DNA from: Candidatus Saccharimonadota bacterium
GTDB taxonomy: Bacteria > Patescibacteriota > Gracilibacteria > UBA1369 > 2-02-FULL-48-14
NCBI GenBank assembly: GCA_965230905.1
Contig: OZ246396.1
Span: forward strand, 1,050,001-1,082,000
Length of the DNA: 32,000 bases
Reading direction: 5' to 3'
A program made the position numbers and the translations under genes. Below the pieces are notes generated by a model. It saw only the letters and a list, made by a program, of their open reading frames with translations, was not told the DNA's origin and made no database searches. Below, piece after piece: positions 16,906 to 24,811 of the stretch (positions are counted from its first letter, which is position 1; every line of letters begins with the position of its first letter).

Positions 16906-18228
16906 TCAAGTGGTTTTAAACAGTGGATGCTCACGCAAATGTCGAATCGGTGTGAGTGGTTTCAATTGCATTTTTGCTCCCGCTTTTTCTCTTTCGTTGT
17001 CTTTAAAGTTTTTCCGTATTTCCCCTGTTAGACCTATCTCTCCCCAAATTACTTGATCAGATGGTAGTGGTTTTTTAAGGATACTTGAAATGACCGCAGA
17101 ACAAATGGCGAGGTCGGAAGAAGGATCATTCAGAGATAAACCGCCTACGACATTTATATAGACGTCCTGATCTGAAAGGTTGAGCGTAGTGTATTTTTGA
17201 AGCACGGCGAGTAAAAGTTCCAAGCGATTGCGATCGAAGCCGCTGGCCATGCGTTTGGGGTAGCCAAAATCAGTGTGATTCACCAATGCTTGAACCTCCA
17301 TGAGGAGTGGGCGATTGCCTTCCATAGTCATGGTTAAGCTGGTTCCGATGGCGTTTTTTGGACGGTTTTCAAGGATGCGCTCGCCTGGATTCTTAAGTTC
17401 TCGGAGGCCGGCTTCACTCATTTCAAAAATGCCGACTTCGCTGATGTTTCCAAAGCGGTTTTTCACCGCCCGCAGCATGCGCAGTTCATGGTCACGTTCG
17501 CCTTCCAAAATCAGCACGGTGTCCACCAAGTGTTCGAGTACTTTGGGTCCGGCGATGTTGCCTTCCTTGTTCACGTGGCCAATCAGCAGGGTAGGGATCT
17601 TGTGGGTTTTGATGGTGTTCATAATGACTTCCGTCACGTAGCGCACTTGGCTGAGGCTGCCGGCTACGCCGGGAATGTCGGCGGAGGACATGACTTGAAT
17701 GGAATCGATGACCAAGAAGTTGGGCTTGCTGCTTTCCACAGTGGCGATGATGTTTTCCAGGTTGTTTTCGTAGAGCAGCTCGATGTTTTCTTGTTTAGAG
17801 CCGAGGCGTTTGGCACGGTCGGAAACTTGGTCGATGGATTCTTCTCCGGTGATGTAGAGTACCTTGTCTTTTTGCGCGGCCATGCGGTCGGTGATTTGCA
17901 AGGTGAGTGTGGATTTTCCAATGCCTGGCTCTCCAGAAAGCAAAATCATGCTGCCTTCCACAAAACCGCCGCCGAGCACTTGGTCGAATTCGCCAATGCC
18001 GGTGACGGTGCGTGCCTTTGGTGTGTGAGATTGTAAAATGGCCTGCGGTTTTTCGGCTGTGCGCGGAACCGAGCGACGGCCACTGGTGGTATTTTCTGGT
18101 TTTCCTACATTAATCACATCTTCGGCCATGGTGTTCCACTGGTCACAATTGGGGCACTTTCCGGCCCAGCGGCTAGCTTGAAAAGCACAATTTTGGCAGG
18201 CGTAGACGGTTTTTAGTTTCATAGTCAT
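16906..18228 (-). CDS. radA: DNA repair protein RadA/Sms
   Basis: Zinc finger 'CQNCAFQASRWAGKCPNCDQWNT', Walker A 'GEPGIGKSTL', 'KNRFG' motif, Lon-protease-like C-terminal domain. The tracked ORF begins at a GTG (18246). ATGs at 18228 or 18222 are more likely starts. Confidence 0.9.
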   Translation of the reverse strand: MTMKLKTVYACQNCAFQASRWAGKCPNCDQWNTMAEDVINVGKPENTTSGRRSVPRTAEKPQAILQSHTPKARTVTGIGEFDQVLGGGFVEGSMILLSGEPGIGKSTLTLQITDRMAAQKDKVLYITGEESIDQVSDRAKRLGSKQENIELLYENNLENIIATVESSKPNFLVIDSIQVMSSADIPGVAGSLSQVRYVTEVIMNTIKTHKIPTLLIGHVNKEGNIAGPKVLEHLVDTVLILEGERDHELRMLRAVKNRFGNISEVGIFEMSEAGLRELKNPGERILENRPKNAIGTSLTMTMEGNRPLLMEVQALVNHTDFGYPKRMASGFDRNRLELLLAVLQKYTTLNLSDQDVYINVVGGLSLNDPSSDLAICSAVISSILKKPLPSDQVIWGEIGLTGEIRKNFKDNEREKAGAKMQLKPLTPIRHLREHPLFKTT

Positions 18229-18271
18229 AGGGTAGTGTATACTCACCCCACTTGTCCAGCTGGAAATAAAA

Positions 18272-18300
18272 TTGCATTGATTTGCAGGTTTTGCTAATAT
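18272..18300 (+). promoter_or_regulatory. Promoter candidate for tRNA-Lys (and possibly efp)
   Basis: TTGCAT (18272-18277), 17-nt spacer, TAATAT (18295-18300), ending 9 nt before the tRNA 5' end. Confidence 0.5.
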
Positions 18301-18309
18301 CCCGCGCGT

Positions 18310-18385
18310 GGATCGGTAGCTCAGTTGGTAGAGCAGAAGACTCTTAATCTTTTGGTCGAGGGTTCAAATCCCTCCCGATCCACCA
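18310..18385 (+). tRNA. tRNA-Lys (anticodon CTT), CCA encoded
   Basis: Manual cloverleaf: acceptor ggatcgg/ccgatcc, D arm gctc-agttggta-gagc, anticodon arm gaaga-ctCTTaa-tcttt, T arm gaggg-ttcaaat-ccctc, then a-cca. Confidence 0.9.
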
Positions 18386-18415
18386 TTCCTGTTCGCCCCA
18401 ATAAACCCCTGTTCT

Positions 18416-18982
18416 ATGGCACAATCCCTCACCGATCTGCGAGTAGGCTCCGTTCTGAATCATGCCGGTGCACCTTGGCAGATTATTTCCAACTCCTTCA
18501 TGCGCACGGCGCAACGTAAGCCGGTGATGCGAACCAAGCTCCGCAATCTTATGAATGGAAGTGTTATGGAAAAGACCTTTGTGTCCGGGGAAGCCTTTGA
18601 AGTGGCGGATGTGGCTCACAAGAGTTGCCAATACCTCTACAAAGATGCGACCGACGCGAATTTTATGGACATGGAAAGCTACGAGCAATTCAGCTTCACT
18701 CTCGAAAGCCTCGGAGACCTCATGGGTTACCTCAAGGATGGAGAAAACGTGGTGGCTGTTATGTACGAAGGACGACCGATCACCATTCAAATCCCACCAA
18801 AAGTGGTGCTCAAGGTGCTTGAAACCAATCCTGGAGTGAAAGGAGACCGTGCTCAATCTGGAACCAAGCCAGCTACTATGGAAACTGGAATCAACGTTCA
18901 AGTGCCTTTGTTTGTGGTTGAAGGAGATTTGATTCGAATCAACACAGAAACCGGAGAATACGTGGAACGTGCGAATGCTTAA
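18416..18982 (+). CDS. efp: Translation elongation factor P
   Basis: 188 aa. 'DLRVGSVLNHAGAPWQII', 'VMRTKLRNLMNG', 'YLYKD...FMDMESYEQ', 'TNPGVKGDRAQSGTKPATMETG', 'VQVPLFVVEGDLIRINTETGEY' match EF-P throughout. Confidence 0.9.
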   Translation: MAQSLTDLRVGSVLNHAGAPWQIISNSFMRTAQRKPVMRTKLRNLMNGSVMEKTFVSGEAFEVADVAHKSCQYLYKDATDANFMDMESYEQFSFTLESLGDLMGYLKDGENVVAVMYEGRPITIQIPPKVVLKVLETNPGVKGDRAQSGTKPATMETGINVQVPLFVVEGDLIRINTETGEYVERANA

Positions 18983-19034
18983 TGCTCGGCGAAGCCGAGT
19001 TTTTCCTGTTTTTATTAACTCAGTCACGCTGCTT

Positions 19035-19568
19035 ATGCAAGATCCTCGCCAGACCGTTTATGAAGGAATGTGCTACCTCATTCCGCTCGCAAAAATTCGT
19101 GAAACACCTAAGGTTCAATTCCATTTTGTTCCTTACTTGGTGGAAGAAGGTATTGCGACCATTCAACGGGTGAAACATGAGCCTGGAGCTATGAGCCCGA
19201 GCATCGAAGGTAATGAAACGGTTCAACCTTGGTATATGCATCCGCATCAGGAGGACAACATGATGGTTTTTGAAGGAGAACGAATTATTGAGCTCTATAC
19301 GCCTGAACATGGTGTACAAACGTTTGAAGCAACAGCTGATCGCCTGACCCACAACGGGAAAGTGCTGATTGATGTGCCATATATTTTTGGTTGGCATCCG
19401 TATGTTTTCCACCGGCCGAATAGCCCGCACGGTAGCATGTCGATGTTCCTCACCCGGCACTTCAACGGTTTTGATATGGATACTGAGTTTAATATTTGGG
19501 AACTCAACACCGAAACCGGGGAACACAAGGTATTGAGATTCGGTCGTGAAGACCAAGTTCAGGAATAG
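19035..19568 (+). CDS. Hypothetical protein, possibly cupin-like beta-barrel (177 aa)
   Basis: ORF from the ATG at 19035 ('MQDPRQTVYEG'). 'WYMHPHQEDNMMVFEGERIIELY' loosely resembles a cupin motif. The 18969 start would overlap efp. Confidence 0.4.
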   Translation: MQDPRQTVYEGMCYLIPLAKIRETPKVQFHFVPYLVEEGIATIQRVKHEPGAMSPSIEGNETVQPWYMHPHQEDNMMVFEGERIIELYTPEHGVQTFEATADRLTHNGKVLIDVPYIFGWHPYVFHRPNSPHGSMSMFLTRHFNGFDMDTEFNIWELNTETGEHKVLRFGREDQVQE

Positions 19569-19607
19569 CTTGCCCCTGGTAGAAATTCTGGTAGATTTAA
19601 GCCCGCT

Positions 19608-19682
19608 GGCAAGGTGGCGGAACGGTCACGCAACGGTTTGCAAAACCGTACCAAACGGGTTCGACTCCCGTCCTTGCCTCCA
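19608..19682 (+). tRNA. tRNA-Cys (anticodon GCA), CCA encoded
   Basis: Manual cloverleaf: acceptor ggcaagg/ccttgcc, anticodon arm acggt-ttGCAaa-accgt, T arm acggg-ttcgact-cccgt, then t-cca. Confidence 0.85.
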
Positions 19683-19779
19683 ATTTTCTTTAACCGCATC
19701 TGCTTGCGCTAAACTAACGTTTAAGTGTAGTTTTGAACTAGGCAATTTAGCCCGACCGCATAACTCAGCCCCTCTATAC

Positions 19780-21069
19780 ATGAAAATATTTAATAAAATT
19801 GCCCTTTTTGCGTTGGCGCTGGTTCTTATGAGTGGCCTTACAGGCTCGCTTCTTGCATTTGCAGCGGCAAGTCCTTCTTTTGGCTATGCAGCAACTTACG
19901 CAATTCTGGCGAGTACTTACACCAACACTTCTGCGGCCACGACTATTACAGGGGACATTGGATTCACCACGGGACCGGCTCAAGCCCCTTTAGGTACGCA
20001 GATCAACTATGGATCTGGTGTTCCTTATGCCACGGCAGGGACCGATCAAGGCAGTGCCTTAGCTGGCTTGGCTGCGGAATCCTGTACCTTTTCATTTGCG
20101 GCTGGAGCGATAGATCTTTCTACGGATGTGACGCATGGCACGGTGGGCGTTTACACGCCGGGAGTGTATTGCATTACCGGGGCAATGGATATTGGTGGAA
20201 CGCTTAACTTGAATGGGAATGGAACCTATATTTTTAGATCTTCTGGTGCACTCACCTCTACGGTTGGTGCGATTGTTAGTTTGAGTGGTGCCTCTGCGTG
20301 TGATGTTTTTTGGACACCATCTCAGGCAACTACACTGGCAGCCAATACTACTTTTGTGGGGACCATTATTGACGATGCAGGGATCACGGTTGGAGCGAAT
20401 ACAAGTTGGTCCGGAAGAGCATTGGCTTTTGGAGGAACTATTACGACAGGAGATACTTCTTTGATTACTGCGCCTTCCTGTTCATCTGGTGGATCTAGTT
20501 CTGCTACGGGAACTATCACGGTCACCAAAATTGTGATCAACGATGATGGTGGGACTAAGCTGGTTGCCGATTTTCCGCTCTTTGTTAGCGGAACTCCTGT
20601 GATTTCTGGGGTGACCAATACTTTCTCTGGAGGTTCTAGGTATGCCGTGCATGAAACCATGGATCCGGCGTATGCGCAGACCTTCTCGGGTGATTGTGAC
20701 AGCGACGGTTGGTTTAACTTGGGTGAAGGACAAAATCTATCTTGTACTATTACGAATGACGATATTGAAGCTGAACTAGATCCGCCGCTCATTGATGATG
20801 TTGATGACGTTGTGGACGAGATCCCTGTGCCTGACGAAGAACTTATTCTTACCGAGGAACCTGAAGAGGAGCCTGAATCAGTTGATACTCCTGTTATTGT
20901 TTCAGTCCCCACCGATCCAGTTTCCACCGTTACTGTTCCAAGTGTTCCTGGGCTGCCGGTTACTGGTTTTGCTCCTATGGATTGGGGGCATTTAGTGAAC
21001 CTTATTGCTACTGGAATCGCGTGTGTTTCACTATTATTTTATGTCACTCAAAAAAAAGATAGAATTTAA
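19780..21069 (+). CDS. Sortase-anchored surface protein: signal peptide, ice-binding-like (DUF3494-type) domain, beta-sandwich domain, acidic stalk, LPVTG sorting signal
   Basis: Start at ATG 19780 ('MKIFNKIALFALALVLMSGLTGSLLAFA'); the tracked ORF start at 19546 would run through tRNA-Cys. 'ATYAILASTYTNTSAATTITGDIGFTTGPA...GVYCITGAMDIGGTLNLNG' matches the DUF3494 pattern. The C-terminus has 'LPVTG' (20953-20967), a hydrophobic segment, then 'KKDRI'. Confidence 0.75.
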   Translation: MKIFNKIALFALALVLMSGLTGSLLAFAAASPSFGYAATYAILASTYTNTSAATTITGDIGFTTGPAQAPLGTQINYGSGVPYATAGTDQGSALAGLAAESCTFSFAAGAIDLSTDVTHGTVGVYTPGVYCITGAMDIGGTLNLNGNGTYIFRSSGALTSTVGAIVSLSGASACDVFWTPSQATTLAANTTFVGTIIDDAGITVGANTSWSGRALAFGGTITTGDTSLITAPSCSSGGSSSATGTITVTKIVINDDGGTKLVADFPLFVSGTPVISGVTNTFSGGSRYAVHETMDPAYAQTFSGDCDSDGWFNLGEGQNLSCTITNDDIEAELDPPLIDDVDDVVDEIPVPDEELILTEEPEEEPESVDTPVIVSVPTDPVSTVTVPSVPGLPVTGFAPMDWGHLVNLIATGIACVSLLFYVTQKKDRI

Positions 21070-21640
21070 GCGACTCAGGGTTAAAGTCTTGGTTATGGCC
21101 TTTATGCTTTTGGGGGCTTACGCTCTATTTCTTTGGAATATGTTTCCAGAAAACAGATCCGTGCTCACGATCACTTCTGAAATCGAAGTGGAAAGGGTGG
21201 GGATACCAGTAAATATTAAAATTCCCAGTATTTCTTTGGATGCGCCAATTGTTGGTCTTGGCTTGACCGCAGATGGACTCATGGAGGTACCCGCGAACCC
21301 TTTCGAGACGGGTTGGTATGAATTGGGCGTGCGACCGGGTGAGCCTGGAACTGCGGTTATAGATGGGCATGTGAACTGGTGGTATGGAAGCAGTGCTGTG
21401 TTTGCCAATCTACATAATTTGAAACAGGGTGACTCCGTTATCGTCCAAGACGAATGGGGTACGATCACCTCTTTTGTGGTACGTGAAATCAAAGCCTATA
21501 AAGCCGAGGCGGATGCGAGTGAGATTTTTAATTCGAACGATGATAAGGTTCACCTCAATCTAATCACCTGCAGCGGTGTATGGGATAAGAATGCTGGAGG
21601 ATATTCTGAGCGTTTAGTGATCTTTACGGATAAATACTAG
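21041..21640 (+). CDS. Sortase-family transpeptidase
   Basis: N-terminal TM anchor 'VLVMAFMLLGAYALFLW'. Catalytic His in 'AVIDGHVNWW', Cys in 'LNLITCSG', Arg in 'SERLVIF'. The ATG at 21041 overlaps the end of the substrate gene by 29 nt. Confidence 0.8.
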   Translation: MSLKKKIEFKRLRVKVLVMAFMLLGAYALFLWNMFPENRSVLTITSEIEVERVGIPVNIKIPSISLDAPIVGLGLTADGLMEVPANPFETGWYELGVRPGEPGTAVIDGHVNWWYGSSAVFANLHNLKQGDSVIVQDEWGTITSFVVREIKAYKAEADASEIFNSNDDKVHLNLITCSGVWDKNAGGYSERLVIFTDKY

Positions 21641-21679
21641 GCAAGCCAGATCAGCTTTGCTAAACTCCGTCTCAGCCGC

Positions 21680-21765
21680 GCCTGGGTGGTGAAATGGTAT
21701 ACACGCGAGACTTAAAATCTTGTGGTCGCAAGACCGTGAGGGTTCGAGCCCCTCCCCAGGCACCA
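21680..21765 (+). tRNA. tRNA-Leu (anticodon TAA), class II with long variable arm, CCA encoded
   Basis: Acceptor gcctggg/cccaggc, anticodon arm cgaga-ctTAAaa-tcttg, variable arm ggtc-gcaa-gacc, T arm gaggg-ttcgagc-ccctc, then a-cca. Confidence 0.9.
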
Positions 21766-22464
21766 TGTACCTTTGAGCCACGCCTTCCGTTCAGCTTCTG
21801 GGAATTTTTCAATGGCGTAGCGGAGCGTGGTGCGAGGAAGTTTTGAATAATGCTTTTTAAGGAACGTACGAAGGGTTTCTTCGCCGCAGTTTTTGCCTAC
21901 TTCACGCAGCATCCAGCCCACCGCTTTGTGCATCAGGTCATGGGAGTCGCTCAGTAATTTCTCAGCAATTTTTAAAGCGTCCGTGGAATCTCCTTTTCGG
22001 ATAAAATGAAATGTGGCGATCATGGCGATGCGCCGCTCCCACATGTTTTTTGACTCAGCCAGTTGGTACAGCAGTTTTCGGGGACGATTTTCCAAATATG
22101 GGCCCAGAAGGTAGTGAGCGGAGCTGTCCACCAGATCCCAATTGTTGACGAAGGTGGTGTTCTTTAAATAAAACTCCACGATTTGTTTTTGGTCACCCTT
22201 TTTGAATTGCGCGACTAAAATGTGCAAAGCCAGCAGGCGTTCTTCGTGAATGGGGGAGTGGAGTAGGGCTTCTAGCTCAGAAAGAGGGAGTTCTTGAAAA
22301 ACCTTGGCTAGGCTGCGGGTTTGAGGAACGGTGAGTCCACTAAAAATATCGCCTTCGCCGTATTCGCCCGGGCCTGTTTTAAAATACCGGGCGGAAATGA
22401 GCGCGCGGTCAGTATTTGCGAGCTGTTTGACGGCTGCGGACGCTGTTTTAGCGGTTTTTGGCAT
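21712..22464 (-). CDS. DNA alkylation repair protein (AlkD-like HEAT-repeat family)
   Basis: 'ARYFKTGPGEYGEGDIFSGLTVPQTRSLAK', 'HSPIHEERLLALHIL', 'NNWDLVDSSA', 'MWERRIAMIATF', 'HDLMHKAVGWMLREVG' fit the AlkD-like family pattern. The likely start ATG 22464 overlaps the lgt stop. The last ~17 codons run antisense through tRNA-Leu. Confidence 0.75.
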   Translation of the reverse strand: MPKTAKTASAAVKQLANTDRALISARYFKTGPGEYGEGDIFSGLTVPQTRSLAKVFQELPLSELEALLHSPIHEERLLALHILVAQFKKGDQKQIVEFYLKNTTFVNNWDLVDSSAHYLLGPYLENRPRKLLYQLAESKNMWERRIAMIATFHFIRKGDSTDALKIAEKLLSDSHDLMHKAVGWMLREVGKNCGEETLRTFLKKHYSKLPRTTLRYAIEKFPEAERKAWLKGTWCLGRGSNPHGLATTRF

Positions 22465-23239
22465 AGCTGTGGTATAGAACCAAAACGCCCACTGCAAAAA
22501 ATGGCAGGCTCAGCATCTGCCCCGTGGTGAGATTGAAAAAGCCTTCGTGGAGTGGGAAGTCTTTGAAGAATTCCACGGTGAAGCGCATGGCAAAATATAG
22601 AGTGAAGAACAGGCCGAAGAAAAAGCCTGGTTTGGCCGTTTTATGTTTCTTCATCCAAAGAGGAAAGAGAATGGCGAAAAGTAGCATACCGTAGCCAAAT
22701 TCGTAGAGTTGGGAAGGGTGACGGGTGAGTTCATCCACGCGGCTGAAGACCACGCCCCAGGGTGCCTCGGTTTCACGGCCCACCAGTTCACTGTTGAAAA
22801 AATTCCCTAGACGGATGAGGCTCACGGGCAAGGTGGCCACCACCACCATGATGTCCGCATAGTCCCAGAGTTTCACTTTTTTATTTCGCCAAAGGAATAG
22901 GCTGTAGGCAATCAAGAGTCCAATCGCGGCGCCATGGCTGGCGAGACCGCCTTCCCAGACTTTTAAAATCTGCAGGGGGTTGGCGAGGTAGTAGTCGAGT
23001 TCGTAAAATAAAATGTGTCCAAAACGTGCGCCCGCAACGAGGCCAATGATCAAATAGACGGAAAGTTTGTCGAGCGTTTCCAGGGAGAGGTTTTTACTAG
23101 CGCTTTCGCTTCGCTTCCGCGTGATCATGTAGCGGGCGAGGCTGTAGGCCAAAAAGAGTCCGAGGGCGAAGAAGACTCCGTAGTAGCGGATTTCGAGCGG
23201 GCCGAGGTCGAACAAAACAGGATCAATATTCCAAATCAT
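22448..23239 (-). CDS. lgt: Prolipoprotein diacylglyceryl transferase
   Basis: 'IRYYGVFFALG', 'WEGGLASHGAAIG', 'GNFFNSELVGRETEAPWGVVF', 'RHPSQLYE'. Multi-pass membrane profile. Confidence 0.9.
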   Translation of the reverse strand: MIWNIDPVLFDLGPLEIRYYGVFFALGLFLAYSLARYMITRKRSESASKNLSLETLDKLSVYLIIGLVAGARFGHILFYELDYYLANPLQILKVWEGGLASHGAAIGLLIAYSLFLWRNKKVKLWDYADIMVVVATLPVSLIRLGNFFNSELVGRETEAPWGVVFSRVDELTRHPSQLYEFGYGMLLFAILFPLWMKKHKTAKPGFFFGLFFTLYFAMRFTVEFFKDFPLHEGFFNLTTGQMLSLPFFAVGVLVLYHSYAKNR

Positions 23240-23838
23240 CAGTTGAGGGTGAAGGAACGAAGCATGGTGTCCAATTCTTCCACGGTGAACGCGTCTTCAC
23301 CGGAGCGGTAGGTCGCGGTGGCGGTCCAGGCTTGTTGCCCTTTGGTGAGCGTCACTTGCATGAAGGTGAGTTTGGGTGAGGAGGTGTCGTTTTTACCTTC
23401 AAAGGTGCTGAGCATGGTTTTGCTGTTGGCGCCGTCCACTTGCAGGGTGAGAACTTCTTGGGAAACGAGAGAGTAGTTGACGAGTGTGTCTTCGTGGTCG
23501 GCCAGTTTTCGCTGTGCAAAATCGTAACTGGTGTCGCTGAGGGTGTTGTTTTCGCGGATCACGGTGACATTGGAAGTGAAGATGCTGTCTTGCACATTGT
23601 TCTTAAAAGCCACGCGCAAATCGTCCGGGTATTCGGAAGTGAAGGAATCGATTATCTCCCAAGTATCGGGAACTTCTATTTCAAAATCAGCTGTTTTATA
23701 GGCGAAGTAAAAAACCTCGCCCGTTTCTTCCGTCTCGCCATCCACTTCTGAAGTGTCGGAGCCGCCGCAGGCTGTCAAAAACAGAGAGCCGGCGAGCAGG
23801 CATGCTAGTGCGTAAGTAAAAGAAGAGAGCTTCTTCAT
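23239..23838 (-). CDS. Lipoprotein of unknown function
   Basis: Canonical signal and lipobox 'MKKLSSFTYALACLLAGSLFLTACGG'. The stop overlaps the lgt start codon by 1 nt, suggesting translational coupling. Confidence 0.6.
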   Translation of the reverse strand: MKKLSSFTYALACLLAGSLFLTACGGSDTSEVDGETEETGEVFYFAYKTADFEIEVPDTWEIIDSFTSEYPDDLRVAFKNNVQDSIFTSNVTVIRENNTLSDTSYDFAQRKLADHEDTLVNYSLVSQEVLTLQVDGANSKTMLSTFEGKNDTSSPKLTFMQVTLTKGQQAWTATATYRSGEDAFTVEELDTMLRSFTLN

Positions 23839-23920
23839 ATGAAAATACTTTATCCAAATTGCAAATCAAAGGCCATCTAATATTTGCTAAATCGGTGATC
23901 CTCCTCTTGAATGAAAGGGT

Positions 23921-24811
23921 ATGAAGATTGCTATTCTTTGTTTTCGTTCACGGGACCCGGATCCAGCGGTGGAGGATCTTAACTTGGTTCAAGCTGCTCA
24001 GGAGTTGGGGCATGAGGCGCTGCTCATCCCTGCTTGGGAATGCAGCATTGAGTACCGTGAGGGTGAACAAGTTTATTGGAAAGGTGAAGTGTTTCCGCAG
24101 GTGGATTGTCTGATCCCTCGGGCGCGCTTTGTGGAGCACAGTGAAACGCAGCTTCATTTGCTCCGACTTTTGGAAAAGCGATTTCCAAGTTTGAATAAAG
24201 CGGACGGCATTGCGGCGGCAAAAAATAAAATCAAAACCATGGAAATCTTAAGTCGTGCGGGGCTGCCGATTCCGCGTAGTTTTGCAATTGAGGATATGTC
24301 AGTTTTTGCGACAGTGGTGGAGCAATTGGGCGGCTACCCCGTGGTGTGGAAAGCTGCGTACGGAACCTTTGGAATGGACGTACATTTGGTGGACTCTCAT
24401 AAAAAGGCTGAGGAAATCTTTAACGACTATTTTAAGGCGCAAAAAGCCATGAACTTCTTAACTCAGGAATTCATTGAAGAATCAGCTGGGCGGGATTTGC
24501 GAGTCTTTGTTTTGGATGGGGAAGTGCTGGCGAGCATGGAACGGCAGGCGCAAGCGGGTGAATTTCGATCCAACGTGGAACTGGGGGCGACGGCTCGTGT
24601 GGTGGAAGTGGAGGCCTCTGTAAAAAACTTGGCCATTCAAGCGGTGGAGGCATTGGGTTTGGACACCGGCGGCGTGGATATTATTTACAGTAAACGTGGT
24701 CCGCTGATTTTAGAAGTGAACGCGAATGCAGGCTTCAAGGCTTTGGAGGAGGTCAGTGGAGTCAAGGTGGCGGAAGCGCTTATTCAAGCCGCCGTGCGAC
24801 GCTCTCGCTGA
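23921..24811 (+). CDS. RimK-family ATP-grasp ligase
   Basis: 'GYPVVWKAAYGTFGMDVHLV', 'QEFIEESAGRDLRVFVLDGEVLASMERQA..GEFRSNVELGA', 'GLDTGGVDIIYSKRGPLILEVNANAGF' match the RimK/ATP-grasp blocks. Confidence 0.8.
   Translation: MKIAILCFRSRDPDPAVEDLNLVQAAQELGHEALLIPAWECSIEYREGEQVYWKGEVFPQVDCLIPRARFVEHSETQLHLLRLLEKRFPSLNKADGIAAAKNKIKTMEILSRAGLPIPRSFAIEDMSVFATVVEQLGGYPVVWKAAYGTFGMDVHLVDSHKKAEEIFNDYFKAQKAMNFLTQEFIEESAGRDLRVFVLDGEVLASMERQAQAGEFRSNVELGATARVVEVEASVKNLAIQAVEALGLDTGGVDIIYSKRGPLILEVNANAGFKALEEVSGVKVAEALIQAAVRRSR

Noticed and set aside
19546-19779. Upstream extension of the LPVTG protein ORF (tracked start 19546)
   Set aside because: The extension reads through tRNA-Cys (19608-19682) and lacks signal-peptide character. 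The ATG at 19780 gives a canonical signal peptide.
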